This document shows, piece by piece, positions 9,918 to 20,060 of a DNA stretch of 64,000 nucleotides; position 1 is the first letter of the stretch; each line of letters starts with the position of its first letter. The notes under the pieces are model-generated. The model was not told where the DNA came from, did not search any database, and worked only from the letters and a program-made list of their open reading frames with translations. Position numbers and translations under genes: made by a program. The stretch is from the NCBI GenBank assembly GCA_963799485.1, contig CAWCXJ010000004.1, positions 128,001 to 192,000 of the forward strand, written 5' to 3'. This DNA comes from an uncultured Trueperaceae bacterium (GTDB lineage: Bacteria > Deinococcota > Deinococci > Deinococcales > Trueperaceae).

Positions 9918-10688
9918 ATGGCTACTTCTCCCGAACCCGCGCCTGCCGACCTGATGCTGATTGTGCCGCACCCCGACGACGAGGTTTTCTCGTGTGGCGG
10001 GATATTTTCTAAAATGAGCGAGGCGGGGCAGCAGATTGTCACCGTGACGCTGACTAAAGGGGCGTCGGGCCGAACGCTCGGACTTTGCACCCAGGCCGAA
10101 CTGCCGACATTTCGGGAGCGCGAACTCCGCGCCTCGCTGCGCGTGTTAGGCGTTCAGGACGTGTATATCTACGACTACCCCGATTTTGTTCCCGACGCCG
10201 ACCGGGGCTTGCCGCAAAACGGCGGCCTGCGCGACGTTCCCGAACGAGCAGGGGCCGCAGAACTCGAGAAACTTTTACGGCGGCACCGGCCCAGAGTCGT
10301 CGTAACGTTTCCGCCCAACGGTTCAAACGGACATCCCGACCATGTAACGACGAACGAATGGGTGCTAAAAGCCCTCGCGCCCCTCCCCTTCAGTCCGGCG
10401 CTCTACTATTTCGCCGGCGAACGGCCCTATGTTTCAGATACACCGCGAGCCGGGTTTCTCAGCGCTGCGGAGGTCAAGGCACAGTTTCTGCCGCCGACGC
10501 ATTACCTAGAAGTTGGGCCGTACTTGGAGAACAAACTTCGGGCGATGGCGCAGCACGAGACGCAGGCGCGGAGCGTGCTGGCGTTTATGCGGAGCAACCC
10601 GCGGCGGCTTTTGCTCGAGTCGTTTCACCGCGCCCACCCGAGCTACCCGGAAACCGAAGGCCCGCGCACCACAAGTTGGCTCCGTTAG
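9918..10688 (+). CDS. PIG-L/LmbE family N-acetylglucosaminyl deacetylase
   Basis: PHPDDE and GHPDH zinc-binding motifs, RERELRAS, KLRAMAQHETQ. Confidence 0.88.
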   Translation: MATSPEPAPADLMLIVPHPDDEVFSCGGIFSKMSEAGQQIVTVTLTKGASGRTLGLCTQAELPTFRERELRASLRVLGVQDVYIYDYPDFVPDADRGLPQNGGLRDVPERAGAAELEKLLRRHRPRVVVTFPPNGSNGHPDHVTTNEWVLKALAPLPFSPALYYFAGERPYVSDTPRAGFLSAAEVKAQFLPPTHYLEVGPYLENKLRAMAQHETQARSVLAFMRSNPRRLLLESFHRAHPSYPETEGPRTTSWLR

Positions 10689-10815
10689 CGCGTCTTCGCT
10701 AGTGCGGTGCTGGTTGCGCTGCGACCCGGCTGCGCGTAAGAAACACGACACTTGCCCCGTAAACGGACTTGTGTCCTCAGGCGTGTGAAAGCTCCCGTAA
10801 GTAGCGTTTAAGTGC

Positions 10816-12250
10816 GTGATAAGCTACGCTGTGTTTTTCCGCCGTCCTATCTTTGGTGATACGTCGCTCGACGTCGCCCCTGCCCACCGCGCACTCGCCG
10901 AAGGGCGCTTCGAGACGGCGCTGACGCTCTTGGAGGGTGCAACTAGGCGGCAGCGGCGGCGCAGCTCGCAGGCGCAGCTCAAGCTCTACCTGGCGGCGAC
11001 CTACGCGCTTTGCGGCCCCGACGGCTCCAAATGGGGCGCGCAGACGCTCCGCGAGGCCGCCGAAGTCGATAGCGACGTCACGCAGCTCGCGCTCTACCGC
11101 GCGCTCTACTGGGAGTTTGCGGCCTACCGCGGGGACGCCCCCGCAGACGTGCGTAGGGGGGCGCTGGCCGCCGCCCGGCTCGGCGACCCGTTTGCGATCT
11201 ATCACGCGGCTTCGGCACTTTTTGCGATCCGCGCCTACCGCCGCGCGGCAAGGCTCCTTAAAAAGATCGAACCTCTCGACCTGCCGGACTACCTGCGCTG
11301 GCGCTACTGGTCGCTGCTCGGAAAAAGTTGCAGTGCGAGCGACCGCTTGAGCGAGGCCGCCGACGCATTTCGCTGCGCGGTTTCGCTCGCTGTCGGTGAG
11401 GAAAAACACCGCGAACGGCTGCATTTGGCAGGGACTATGCTCGAGCTTCAGCGTCCGGAAGCTACGCTCGGCATCCTTGAAAAGACCGATGTAAGCGAGT
11501 TGGGCTCCGGCGAACAGCTCTTGCATGTTTATTTCGGAGGGACGCGCGCAACTCCTTTTGGGCAATCCGAATCTGGCGCTAGAGCAGTTGCAACGCGCGA
11601 GCGCCTTGGAGGACGAAGCAGGACAACCCTCCTATACGTACAAGTTGGCGCTGGCACAGTGTTACGGCGCGCTCGGGCGTTACCCGCAGGCGATCTCGAG
11701 CTACCGGCAAGCGACCGAACTCGCGCCGAAAAAACAGCGCGCCTGGACGCTTCACGAATATGCGCTGCTGTTAATCGAAGCCGACCGGTTGGAGCGTGCC
11801 CGCGACCTTCTCCTCGAGACCCTCCACGCCGAAGGGTACGCCTACCGCGCTGAAGTTTACGCCGACCTCGCTGAAGTCGCGTACAAGCTTGCGAATCTGG
11901 GCGAAGCTGCCGAATACGCGCAGCGGGCGCTCGACCTAGGGGCTGTTGGCTCGGCGTGTCTGACGCTCGGCTCGGTCGCCTATGAGTACTACCATCTAGA
12001 CGACGCCGTAAGCTGGTTTGAAAAAGCGGTAGCAGCTTGCCGCGAAGGGGACATCGACTGGCTACACGCGCAGCAGATGCTCGCCGATATCTTTGTGCAG
12101 CAGGGCTTCGTTCGTCCGGAGCGGGTCGTTTTTCACGCGGAACGGGCGCTCAAGTACCTTCACGAAAACGACGAATGGGCGCTTATCTTGCGCGGTTACG
12201 TTCGGCAAGCGCGTGAGCTTTTGGGGGGACACTCGCGGCACTTCAACTAG
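10816..12250 (+). pseudogene. TPR-repeat protein split by a frameshift near 11533-11540
   Basis: ORF 10816 is TPR-like up to LLHVYF and then reads as noise; ORF 11525 picks up TPRs from EGRAQLLLGNP. One extra base separates the frames. Confidence 0.7.
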
Positions 12251-12455
12251 CTGCAAGCCGACTTGTCTCGGTGCGTTTAGCGGTCTGCAAGCTTTCGGCT
12301 CAGCCGGTCTAAATCCGGGGCGCAGTAGTCGGCACTTCAATCTGCTTGAAAACTCTCGAATAGCTATGTTTTAAGCCGTAGTAGTTGCGAACGCTCGAGG
12401 CGGTAGTGTGACACGACTTTGCACATGTCGCACACTTTTGTCTTATACTGTGCTC

Positions 12456-12596
12456 ATGAAAAGTCAAACTGTGGTGCAGGCAGGGTCGAACGTCAGGTTG
12501 GCTCAAGTGATGGCGCGTAAACGGGCTCACGCTGTCGGGGTGGCCCCCGGTGTGGCGCGGGCGCTCGAGCAGCGGCGCAGTCTGCGTACCCGTTAG
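12456..12596 (+). CDS. Small basic hypothetical protein (46 aa), probably leaderless
   Basis: TATACT at 12444-12449, 6 nt before ATG; MKSQTVVQAGSNVRLAQVMARKRAH...RTR. Confidence 0.45.
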   Translation: MKSQTVVQAGSNVRLAQVMARKRAHAVGVAPGVARALEQRRSLRTR

Positions 12597-12678
12597 GCGG
12601 GGCGCGGCCCAACGGGTACGGTGTCGGCTGATAGATTTTCTGCCGACACCGTTTTTGGTTTGCCTTACAACACGCGCC

Positions 12679-13959
12679 CTACAACACGTAACGCGACAAA
12701 TCCTCGTCGCTTACAATGTCCTCGAGCTTCCTCTTTACATACGCCCCGTCAATCGTCACGTCGCCGAGTTCGGTGGCAAACGACACGTCTTCTAAAACCG
12801 TTTCCAAAACCGTGTGCAGCCGCCGCGCGCCGATGTCTTCGACGTCGGCGTTGACCTGCGCGCTGTACTCGGCGATGGCCTCGATACCCGAGGCTTCAAA
12901 GCGGAGCCGCGTCCCGTCCACCTTGAGGAGTTCGGTGTACTGCTTCGTCAGAGAGTGCCGGGGCTGGGTCAAAATCAGCTGAAAGTCGCCCGCTGAAAGC
13001 TCCTCCAACTCGACCCGAATCGGAAACCGCCCCTGCAACTCCGGAATCAGGTCGCTCGGTTTGGAAACCGTAAACGCGCCCGCCGCGATAAATAGCACGT
13101 GGTCGGTTTTGACCTGTCCGTAACGGGTGTTGACCTGCGTGCCCTCGACAATCGGCAGGAGGTCGCGCTGTACCCCTTCACCCGACACGTCGGGGCCGCT
13201 GTTGTCGCCGCCCGCTACCTTGTCGAGTTCGTCGATAAAGATGATGCCCGAATTTTCCGCCCGCGAGACCGCCTCCCGTGAGACTTCATCGTGGTCGATG
13301 AGTTTTTCGGCCTCTTCACCCCGGAGCGCTTCACGCGCCTCAGCGACGCTGAGCTTGCGTTTGGTGCGTTTTTTGGGCATAAAGTTCGACATCATGTCTT
13401 GCAAGTTCATGCCCATCTCTTCCATGCCGGGCATCATCAGCTGCTGCGGGCGTTCGTCGCTGACTTCGATCTCTAAGGTGCGGGTCTCGAGCTTCCCGGC
13501 CTTGAGCAGCTCCCGCATCTTGCCGCGCCCCTCTTCGGTGCCGCCGGGTAAGAGATACTCCAAAAGTTTTTCTTCCGCATTTTCTTTCGCCCTCTCTTGT
13601 ACCCCGCTGAGCTGCTCTTCTTCAACCATCACATAAGACGCCTGCGCGAGGTCACGTACCATCGATTCGACGTCGCGCCCGACATACCCGACCTCGGTAA
13701 ATTTGGTCGCCTCGACCTTGATAAAAGGAGCCTTGGCGAGCCGCGCCAACCGCCGCGCAATTTCGGTTTTGCCGACGCCGGTCGGCCCGATCATCAGGAT
13801 ATTTTTCGGCGTGACTTCGGTTTGTAAATCACCGGAGAGCTGCCGCCTGCGGTAGTGGTTGCGGAGGGCCACCGCCACCGAGCGCTTCGCCTTGTGCTGC
13901 CCGATGATGTGCTTGTCGAGTTCTTCAACGATCTCTAAAGGTGTCAAATCGACGCTCAC
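12679..13959 (-). CDS. hslU: ATP-dependent protease ATPase subunit HslU
   Basis: [60 protein letters not shown]. Confidence 0.97.
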   Translation of the reverse strand: MSVDLTPLEIVEELDKHIIGQHKAKRSVAVALRNHYRRRQLSGDLQTEVTPKNILMIGPTGVGKTEIARRLARLAKAPFIKVEATKFTEVGYVGRDVESMVRDLAQASYVMVEEEQLSGVQERAKENAEEKLLEYLLPGGTEEGRGKMRELLKAGKLETRTLEIEVSDERPQQLMMPGMEEMGMNLQDMMSNFMPKKRTKRKLSVAEAREALRGEEAEKLIDHDEVSREAVSRAENSGIIFIDELDKVAGGDNSGPDVSGEGVQRDLLPIVEGTQVNTRYGQVKTDHVLFIAAGAFTVSKPSDLIPELQGRFPIRVELEELSAGDFQLILTQPRHSLTKQYTELLKVDGTRLRFEASGIEAIAEYSAQVNADVEDIGARRLHTVLETVLEDVSFATELGDVTIDGAYVKRKLEDIVSDEDLSRYVL

Positions 13960-14540
13960 GACGCCTCTCCTTCGATAACCTCGACGTCACCTTCGGCGCT
14001 TTCGTCCGGGACGCGCAATACAGTTGCCGTGCCGCTCGTGTAGAGGTCGATTTCGGCGGCGATTTTAAGCGCCGTCTCCGCAATTTCGGGTGCGCCCAGC
14101 TCGGTGTGACGTAAAAGCGCGAGCGCCGCCGCTTGTGCGTAAGCGCCCCCGGAACCCGTCGCTGCGACGGGTTCGTCCGGCGCAATTACGTCACCTGCGC
14201 CGGAAAGCGTCAGGATTTGCTCGTGGTCGGCGACGATGAGCATGGCCTCGAGGTTCCTGAGCATCTTGTCGGTGCGCCACTCCTTGACGGTCTCGACGGC
14301 TGCTTTCGTGAGGTTGCCCCGGTAAGACGCCAGATAGCCCTCGAACTTTTCCAGCAGCGTAAAGGCGTCCGACACTGCGCCCGCAAAACCCGTCAGCACC
14401 TTGCCGTCGTGCAAGCTCCGCACCTTGACCGCGCCTTTTTTGACAATCGTCTCGCCGAGCGTAATCTGCCCGTCGCCGGCAATCGCCGTTACGCCGCCCT
14501 TATGAACGGCGATAATCGTAGTTCCGTGGATTCGTTCCAT
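13956..14540 (-). CDS. hslV: ATP-dependent protease peptidase subunit HslV
   Basis: HGTTIIAV with N-terminal nucleophile Thr, [19 protein letters not shown]; overlaps the hslU start. Confidence 0.96.
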   Translation of the reverse strand: MERIHGTTIIAVHKGGVTAIAGDGQITLGETIVKKGAVKVRSLHDGKVLTGFAGAVSDAFTLLEKFEGYLASYRGNLTKAAVETVKEWRTDKMLRNLEAMLIVADHEQILTLSGAGDVIAPDEPVAATGSGGAYAQAAALALLRHTELGAPEIAETALKIAAEIDLYTSGTATVLRVPDESAEGDVEVIEGEAS

Positions 14541-14712
14541 ATGGCGCAATCGTAACAAGCTGAGGTTAAAAGTATGTAAGGCACATTCCTTGATAGTAGG
14601 AATATAAGATTTTGTTGCAACTCCTTAGTCTAGCTGTGCTCGTTTACGAAATGTCGCAAGATGTCAGGCAGCAGGTTTCCAAGCAGTCCAACTCCGGTAA
14701 AATGACCTGCAT

Positions 14713-15729
14713 ATGCCGTTCTCCGCCCGTTACCCGCTCAGCGTCGCCCCGATGATGGACTGGACCGACCGTCATCAACGCGTTTTCATGCGCGGCGTGA
14801 CCAAGAGAGCGCTGCTCTATACCGAAATGGTCACGATGAACGCGGTGCTGCTGGGCGACCGGGCGAGAGTTTTGGGTTTCTCACAAGTAGAAAGACCACT
14901 AGCACTGCAGCTCGGCGGCGACGACCCCGTAAAACTCGCCGAGTGCGCCCGAATTGCCGAAGCTTGGGGTTACGACGAAATCAATCTCAACGTCGGCTGT
15001 CCGTCGGCACGGGTGCAAAACGGCAACTTCGGCGCGTGTCTGATGGCGCAACCTGAACTGGTGGCGGCGTGTGTGGCGGCGATGCGGGCCGCCGTAACGG
15101 TTCCCATTACCGTAAAACACCGTATCGGCATTGATGACCTGGACAGTTTTGAACAGCTCGAGCGCTTCGTCAAAGCCTCCGCCGACGCCGGGGCTGCACG
15201 TTTTAGCGTCCACGCCCGCAAAGCGTGGCTCTCGGGGCTCAGTCCGAAAGAGAACCGGACGGTGCCGCCGCTCCGTTACGAAACGGTTTACCGGCTCAAA
15301 GAGACCTTTCCTGAACTGGAAATCGAACTCAACGGCGGCGTCAAAACGCTCGTGGACGCTCAGCTGCATTTGGAGCGTGTAGACGCTGTGATGTTAGGTC
15401 GCGCCGCCTACGAAACGCCTTTTGTACTAGCGCAGGCTGACGCCCTCTTTTACGGCGCTGAGCAGGTTCCGACGCGCCGCGAAGTGGTTGACGCTACGCT
15501 GCCGTACCTCGAGGCGCAACTCTCTTGCGGTGTCCCGCTCAACAGCATGACCCGGCACATGCTGGGGCTTTTTGCCGGACAACCCGGTGCACGGGCGTGG
15601 CGCAGACACATCAGCGAAAATGCTCATAAACCGGGGGCCGGGGCTGAAGTCGTTCAGGACGCGGCACATCTGGTTCCTGAGACCGTGTTGGACGAACGCC
15701 CGGTTTCAGAAGCGCTGACGGGCGTTTAG
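14713..15729 (+). CDS. dusA: tRNA dihydrouridine(20/20a) synthase DusA
   Basis: SVAPMMDWTDRH, YTEMV, EINLNVGCPS, VHARKAWLSGLSPKENR. Confidence 0.93.
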   Translation: MPFSARYPLSVAPMMDWTDRHQRVFMRGVTKRALLYTEMVTMNAVLLGDRARVLGFSQVERPLALQLGGDDPVKLAECARIAEAWGYDEINLNVGCPSARVQNGNFGACLMAQPELVAACVAAMRAAVTVPITVKHRIGIDDLDSFEQLERFVKASADAGAARFSVHARKAWLSGLSPKENRTVPPLRYETVYRLKETFPELEIELNGGVKTLVDAQLHLERVDAVMLGRAAYETPFVLAQADALFYGAEQVPTRREVVDATLPYLEAQLSCGVPLNSMTRHMLGLFAGQPGARAWRRHISENAHKPGAGAEVVQDAAHLVPETVLDERPVSEALTGV

Positions 15730-15758
15730 CACTCCGACTGACCTACACCGGTGGAGTT

Positions 15759-15983
15759 ATGGACGCAGCCGCCCCGACCCCTGACCCGCTCGAGATTCGT
15801 ATGGCTAAACTTGAGGGAAGTTACGAGCAGATAGACAAACGTATCGGTACGTTGGGGACCGACTTGACTCAGGGTTTGAACGATATCAGGGCTGAGATAC
15901 GCAATCTGCGCACACTTTTATTCAGCCTAAACGGGATGCTGGCCCTGCTCATCACCGTGTTTGCCTACTCGATGCGAAATTAG
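15759..15983 (+). CDS. Small coiled-coil protein with C-terminal TM helix, hypothetical
   Basis: GGAG RBS; heptad-like LEIRMAKLEGSYEQIDKRI...; hydrophobic tail LLFSLNGMLALLITVFAY. Confidence 0.65.
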   Translation: MDAAAPTPDPLEIRMAKLEGSYEQIDKRIGTLGTDLTQGLNDIRAEIRNLRTLLFSLNGMLALLITVFAYSMRN

Positions 15984-16004
15984 CTATAAAGGCGCTGACA
16001 AGCT

Positions 16005-16601
16005 TTAGTTACCCGTAAGCCCTACCCCTAAATCACGGATAACGCCGTCCCCCAAGCCGTACACCCAGCCGTGAACTGCCAAACTCTGACCTCGCGCCCA
16101 CGCATCTTGGACGACCGTCGTTTGCGACACGTTGCCGACTTGTTCAATAACGTTGAGTTCACAGAGCCGCTGAAGCTGTGCGGGAGGCTCCAAATCCGCT
16201 ATTTCAGCCTTGTGCTTGTCGTAAACGTCCCGGATATGCCGGAGCCAGTTGTCGCAGAGCCCGACACGTTTACCCTGCAAAGCTGCCTCGACGCCGCCAC
16301 AACCGTAGTGCCCGCAAACGATGATGTGCTCGACCTTTAATACATCGACGGCAAACTGAATGACGGCTAGACAGTTGAGGTCGGTGTGAACGACGAGGTT
16401 GGCGACGTTGCGGTGAACGAACAGCTCGCCGGGCTCTAAATCGACAACCTGATTTGCCGGAACCCGCGAGTCGGCGCAGCCGATCCACAGGTATTTGGGC
16501 GTTTGCTGACCGACCAGACGGCTGAAAAACTCAGGGTCTTGGGTAACGGCCCGCGCTGCCCAGGCACGGTTTTTTTCTAGTAGGGGGGTGAGATCGGTCA
16601 C
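16005..16601 (-). CDS. can: Beta-class carbonic anhydrase
   Basis: WIGCADSRVP, HRNVAN and CGHYGCGG zinc ligands. Confidence 0.94.
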   Translation of the reverse strand: MTDLTPLLEKNRAWAARAVTQDPEFFSRLVGQQTPKYLWIGCADSRVPANQVVDLEPGELFVHRNVANLVVHTDLNCLAVIQFAVDVLKVEHIIVCGHYGCGGVEAALQGKRVGLCDNWLRHIRDVYDKHKAEIADLEPPAQLQRLCELNVIEQVGNVSQTTVVQDAWARGQSLAVHGWVYGLGDGVIRDLGVGLTGN

Positions 16602-16700
16602 GTGCTGAGTTTACCGGATAGAGGTGGTAAACGTGTCAAGTCTGGACGCGAGGCTCTCTGAAGCTCTTGCTGCTTGAGTAAAAGCAGCAATGACAACTTC

Positions 16701-16833
16701 AAAAAAAGCCCGGCAAGGCGAGCGGGTACTGCCTAAGCATGGAGGTGCTGCGGGTCGTATCAATATGAGCGGTACGCTTTCCTGCAGTGGTCAAACGCAA
16801 CACCTCGAGTACCCTCGAAGGGCGTGCCGGGCT
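16701..16833 (-). ncRNA. Candidate rod-like structured RNA, family unknown
   Basis: Three nested stems: 16707-16715/16825-16833, 16724-16730/16808-16814, 16742-16752/16796-16806; T7 tail on the minus strand. Confidence 0.35.
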
Positions 16834-16887
16834 GAGCAGGTCGTGTGTCGCGTGGGCTTGGCTTAGCCAAGCTCACGCATAGATATA

Positions 16888-17224
16888 AAGACCGTCGTGC
16901 TTGACAACGGGGTTTTCGTAGCGCCAAGCTCATTAAAAGACAGTTTGACAGCCGGGAAGCCAACGAACTCTGGTTGTAGCCCCCCTACTCGCCGCAATTC
17001 GTCTTGGACAAAACGGCACACCACGCGGGTGCGAAGCTCCAGCCTTCCGGGCCTGTTCGCAACCTGATCGAAACCATCTGGAAAAAAGAAGGGTTTTCTT
17101 CTTCCCAGACGTTGCTACCAGACGTTGCTACAGTTCTCGGGAACAGCTCCGAGAGGCTATTCTCGCTACGCTTAAGCTTTTGGGTGCAGTAGCTAGCTTG
17201 TAAAAATGGTACGGAGCTACTTAG
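16888..17224 (+). pseudogene. IS630-family transposase remnant (DDE_3 C-terminal part)
   Basis: Across frameshifts: VVLDNGVF...WL*PPYSPQF...NLIETIWKK-GFLLPRRCY-SSREQLREAILATLKLLGAV; 13-bp internal duplication at 17106-17131. Confidence 0.75.
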
Positions 17225-17288
17225 AACAGAACCGAATCTCCATAAGCAAGCAAAGACAGCCGTAGCCTAGCCAAATCCCGCTAAGCGT

Positions 17289-17335
17289 AAAGACGTGCAG
17301 CAAAGTCGAGGATACTTTGCTGCACGTCTTTTTAT
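17289..17335 (+). terminator. Perfect 18-bp hairpin followed by a T-rich tail
   Basis: AAAGACGTGCAGCAAAGT-cgaggat-ACTTTGCTGCACGTCTTT-TTAT. Confidence 0.65.
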
Positions 17336-17532
17336 CGACAGTTTCAGCTGTTGTAGAGTTTTTCACCTTCTCACACTACTTTTTGTTTGAAAGCTACCCC
17401 TACAATTTGTATTAAGGATGTGACTATTGCCTGCAATGCGGTTTACGGTTTCAACCATGGTCTCAAAAAGCCGTCAGGCGATATGGCTGAAACGCTAGCT
17501 CTGAACACGGCGTGCGCGGTACGCTTGAGCGC

Positions 17533-18693
17533 GTGAACGCTCCCCCCGAAGGCACCCGCTACGCCCACACCGCTGAAAGTGCGGCGCGCGTCCGCACAGT
17601 AGCTACGCTGCAGGCGTTGTTCTCGAGCTGGGGTTACGAACACGTCGACGTCCCGGTTTTAGAGCGCTTCGACCCTCGGCATCCGGTCGCTGCGCGCGCG
17701 TTTAAGCTGACCGGCCCCGACGGTGAACTTTTGGCGCTGCGTTCGGACTATACCTATGCCCTCGCTACACTCGTAAGGTTTAATCAAGCCGACGCGCAAG
17801 GGGTTTTACGGCTGCAGTACAGCGGCGGGCTCTGGCGCACGGTCGTGCCCGACATCGCCCGGACGCGCGAGTTTACGCAAGTGGGGCTCGAGTTAGTCGG
17901 CGTGAGCGGCGCGCGCGCCGACGCCGAACTCATCCACCTGGCGCGCGAAGCGGTGCGGGCCGTCGGCCTTGCGCCACGGGTCGAAGTCGGGAATCCGGGA
18001 TTCGTCCGGCAACTTTTCGACCTCGCCGAGTTGTCACCCGAGCTTAGAAATTTGGCTGCCGACGCCATCGACCGTAAAGACCAGGCGACGTTGCAAGGAC
18101 TTTTGGAACCCCTCGACTTACCGCCGGATTTGCTGCGAGCGCTGCTCGGCGTGCCCGACCTTTACGGCGACTTGCGGACACTTGGTGCGGCGCGGCAGCT
18201 CGCCCCGTGGCCCGAAACGGCGGCGGCGTGCGACCACTTAGAGGCTGTTTTGACCGAGTTCGAAGACAGCAGCGAACTCCTCCTAGACCTCGGCATGGCG
18301 CGGCGGCTTGCTTACTACACAGGCGTAACCTTTCGCGCCTATACCTTCGACTTTGGGCAACCGCTCCTCGGCGGCGGGCGTTACGACGGAGCCTTGTTGC
18401 CGCTCGCGGCGGGCTTTGCAATTGGGTTAGAACGCCTTTTGTCGGCGCTTTCCGGCGTTACCGGCGACGCACCCCCCATCGCGGTGAGTCTGGACGACGC
18501 CCCGGCGCGGCGGCTCCGGCGGGCGGGTTACCGCGTCGAGCGGGCCTTGACCGGTGATATGAACGAACTGCGGGCTTACGCGCGAGCCAAGGGGATTCCG
18601 TATCTTTTGCTCGCGAGCGGCCTCGAGCCCCTCACCGCCGAGCGCCCTTCGTTTGAAGCGTTACAAGCTTTGCTAGGGCGTAAACGTGCTTGA
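17533..18693 (+). CDS. hisZ: ATP phosphoribosyltransferase regulatory subunit HisZ
   Basis: [37 protein letters not shown]; overlaps the short hisG; TACGCT 7 nt before GTG 17533. Confidence 0.92.
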   Translation: MNAPPEGTRYAHTAESAARVRTVATLQALFSSWGYEHVDVPVLERFDPRHPVAARAFKLTGPDGELLALRSDYTYALATLVRFNQADAQGVLRLQYSGGLWRTVVPDIARTREFTQVGLELVGVSGARADAELIHLAREAVRAVGLAPRVEVGNPGFVRQLFDLAELSPELRNLAADAIDRKDQATLQGLLEPLDLPPDLLRALLGVPDLYGDLRTLGAARQLAPWPETAAACDHLEAVLTEFEDSSELLLDLGMARRLAYYTGVTFRAYTFDFGQPLLGGGRYDGALLPLAAGFAIGLERLLSALSGVTGDAPPIAVSLDDAPARRLRRAGYRVERALTGDMNELRAYARAKGIPYLLLASGLEPLTAERPSFEALQALLGRKRA

Positions 18694-19312
18694 ACCGAGC
18701 GCCAAACTTACGCTGGCACTGCCCAAAGGTCGGGTGATGCAAAAAAGCTTGACGCTTTTGCGGGCTGCCGGACTCGAGCTTTCAGACCCGCCCGGAACCC
18801 GCGCTTTGCAGTACGACGCGGGCGGCGCGCGCATCATCGAGATGCGAAATACCGATGTGCCGACCTACGTCGATTTGGGCGTGGCGGACGCAGGCGTCGT
18901 CGGGAAAGATGTGCTCTTAGAGTCCGGCAGGAGCGTTTACGAACCCGTCGATCTGGGGTTCGCCCACTGCCGTTTGTCGCTGATTCGGCCCATAGGCGCG
19001 CGTGGCCCGGTGCGGCGGATTGCCTCGAAATATCCCCACACGACCCGGCGCTACTTGCAAGAACGCGGGCTTAGCGCCGAGGTCGTCAAGCTGGCCGGAA
19101 ACGTCGAGCTGGCGTGTCTGGCGGGCTTAGCCGATGCGGTCGTCGATATCGTCGAGACCGGCGGGACGCTTCGGGCCAATGGGTTGGAGGAACTCGAGGT
19201 CATCCTCACTTCGTCCGCCCGGTTTGTCGTCAACCGCGCCGCGCTCAAACTCAAAAGTGACGCACTACGGCCTTTAATCGGTGCACTCCGCACCCAGAGC
19301 CTGAACACCTAA
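18686..19312 (+). CDS. hisG: ATP phosphoribosyltransferase, short form
   Basis: [43 protein letters not shown]; 208 aa. Confidence 0.95.
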   Translation: MLEPSAKLTLALPKGRVMQKSLTLLRAAGLELSDPPGTRALQYDAGGARIIEMRNTDVPTYVDLGVADAGVVGKDVLLESGRSVYEPVDLGFAHCRLSLIRPIGARGPVRRIASKYPHTTRRYLQERGLSAEVVKLAGNVELACLAGLADAVVDIVETGGTLRANGLEELEVILTSSARFVVNRAALKLKSDALRPLIGALRTQSLNT

Positions 19313-19344
19313 GCCAACTGTAGCGGTAATACGCGGTAATACCA

Positions 19345-19563
19345 GTTAGCGTGCCTGAGCGTTACTTTCTTACCAGCTTGACCGGCGCTGAAATCCTTTC
19401 TTAGGCGGTGCGCTCGCGTGGGAGCACCGAAAACAGCCTGCACCGGGTACGCGACGCTGCTTTTAGCGAAGACCCGGCAGAACAAGGCAAGTCCAAGCCA
19501 ACCTCGTCACCCTGCGGCATCTGGCGCTAAATCAACGCAAAAGCGAAACGTCTCTTAAAAATC
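19345..19563 (+). pseudogene. ISAs1-family transposase remnant (C-terminal part)
   Basis: ERYFLTSL...*AVRSRGSTENSLHRVRDAAFSED, then after a frameshift QANLVTLRHLALNQRKSETSLK, matching the ISAs1 RxHWxIENxLHWxxDxxFxED...NL..LRxxALN pattern. Confidence 0.75.
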
Positions 19564-19688
19564 ACGACCGCCTAGTTCTCCAGGCGTAAGCCTGGTCTTG
19601 TAGCCGGTTGAGCTGACGCGAACCGGGTAGGCCGGGGTATGCTGGCACGGGTACGCTGGCACCAAGAAGGTGGAGGGAACAGAGCGTT

Positions 19689-19883
19689 ATGGCGAGACTT
19701 TCAGTAGGCGAACTTATCGAAGCGCTTGCTGCACTTTCAGAAGAGGAGCAGCTCGAGCTGTGCGACGCGCTCGTCGACGACTCGAGGCTTAGAGACCTGC
19801 TCGAGGCCATCGACGATTACCTTTATCTCGAGGATGAAGACGACCCGCCGCTCAACCTCCAGGTCGACCGCGAACTCAACTGA
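19689..19883 (+). CDS. Small acidic hypothetical protein (64 aa)
   Basis: GGAGGG RBS; host-like codon use; helical N-terminus and D/E-rich tail. Confidence 0.65.
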   Translation: MARLSVGELIEALAALSEEEQLELCDALVDDSRLRDLLEAIDDYLYLEDEDDPPLNLQVDRELN

Positions 19884-20060
19884 TACTTTCCTTGTGCCGT
19901 ATCAGTCTGGCACCGTACCAGCTTGTGACGTACCGACCTTAACTTGCGCGCCGTAGTTGTTATGGTGGGCTGCTAGGTAGTAGGACTACGCGCGGTACAG
20001 TCTAGGGCGCGCGTAAGTAGCTGCGAACAAAACATCCGCAGCTCCGAAGTAGGAGTTTTT

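Noticed and set aside
12236..12340. 11-bp repeat CGGCACTTCAA at the TPR gene end and ~95 bp downstream, possible att site or target duplication
   Set aside because: Short, no terminal inverted repeats or recombinase between the copies; compatible with chance
16850..16878. Hairpin resembling an IS200/IS605 end or HEARO/omega RNA
   Set aside because: No tnpA, tnpB or iscB nearby and the remaining conserved elements are not visible
17004..17192. 62-aa ORF as a novel small protein
   Set aside because: Explained as part of the frameshifted IS630 fossil
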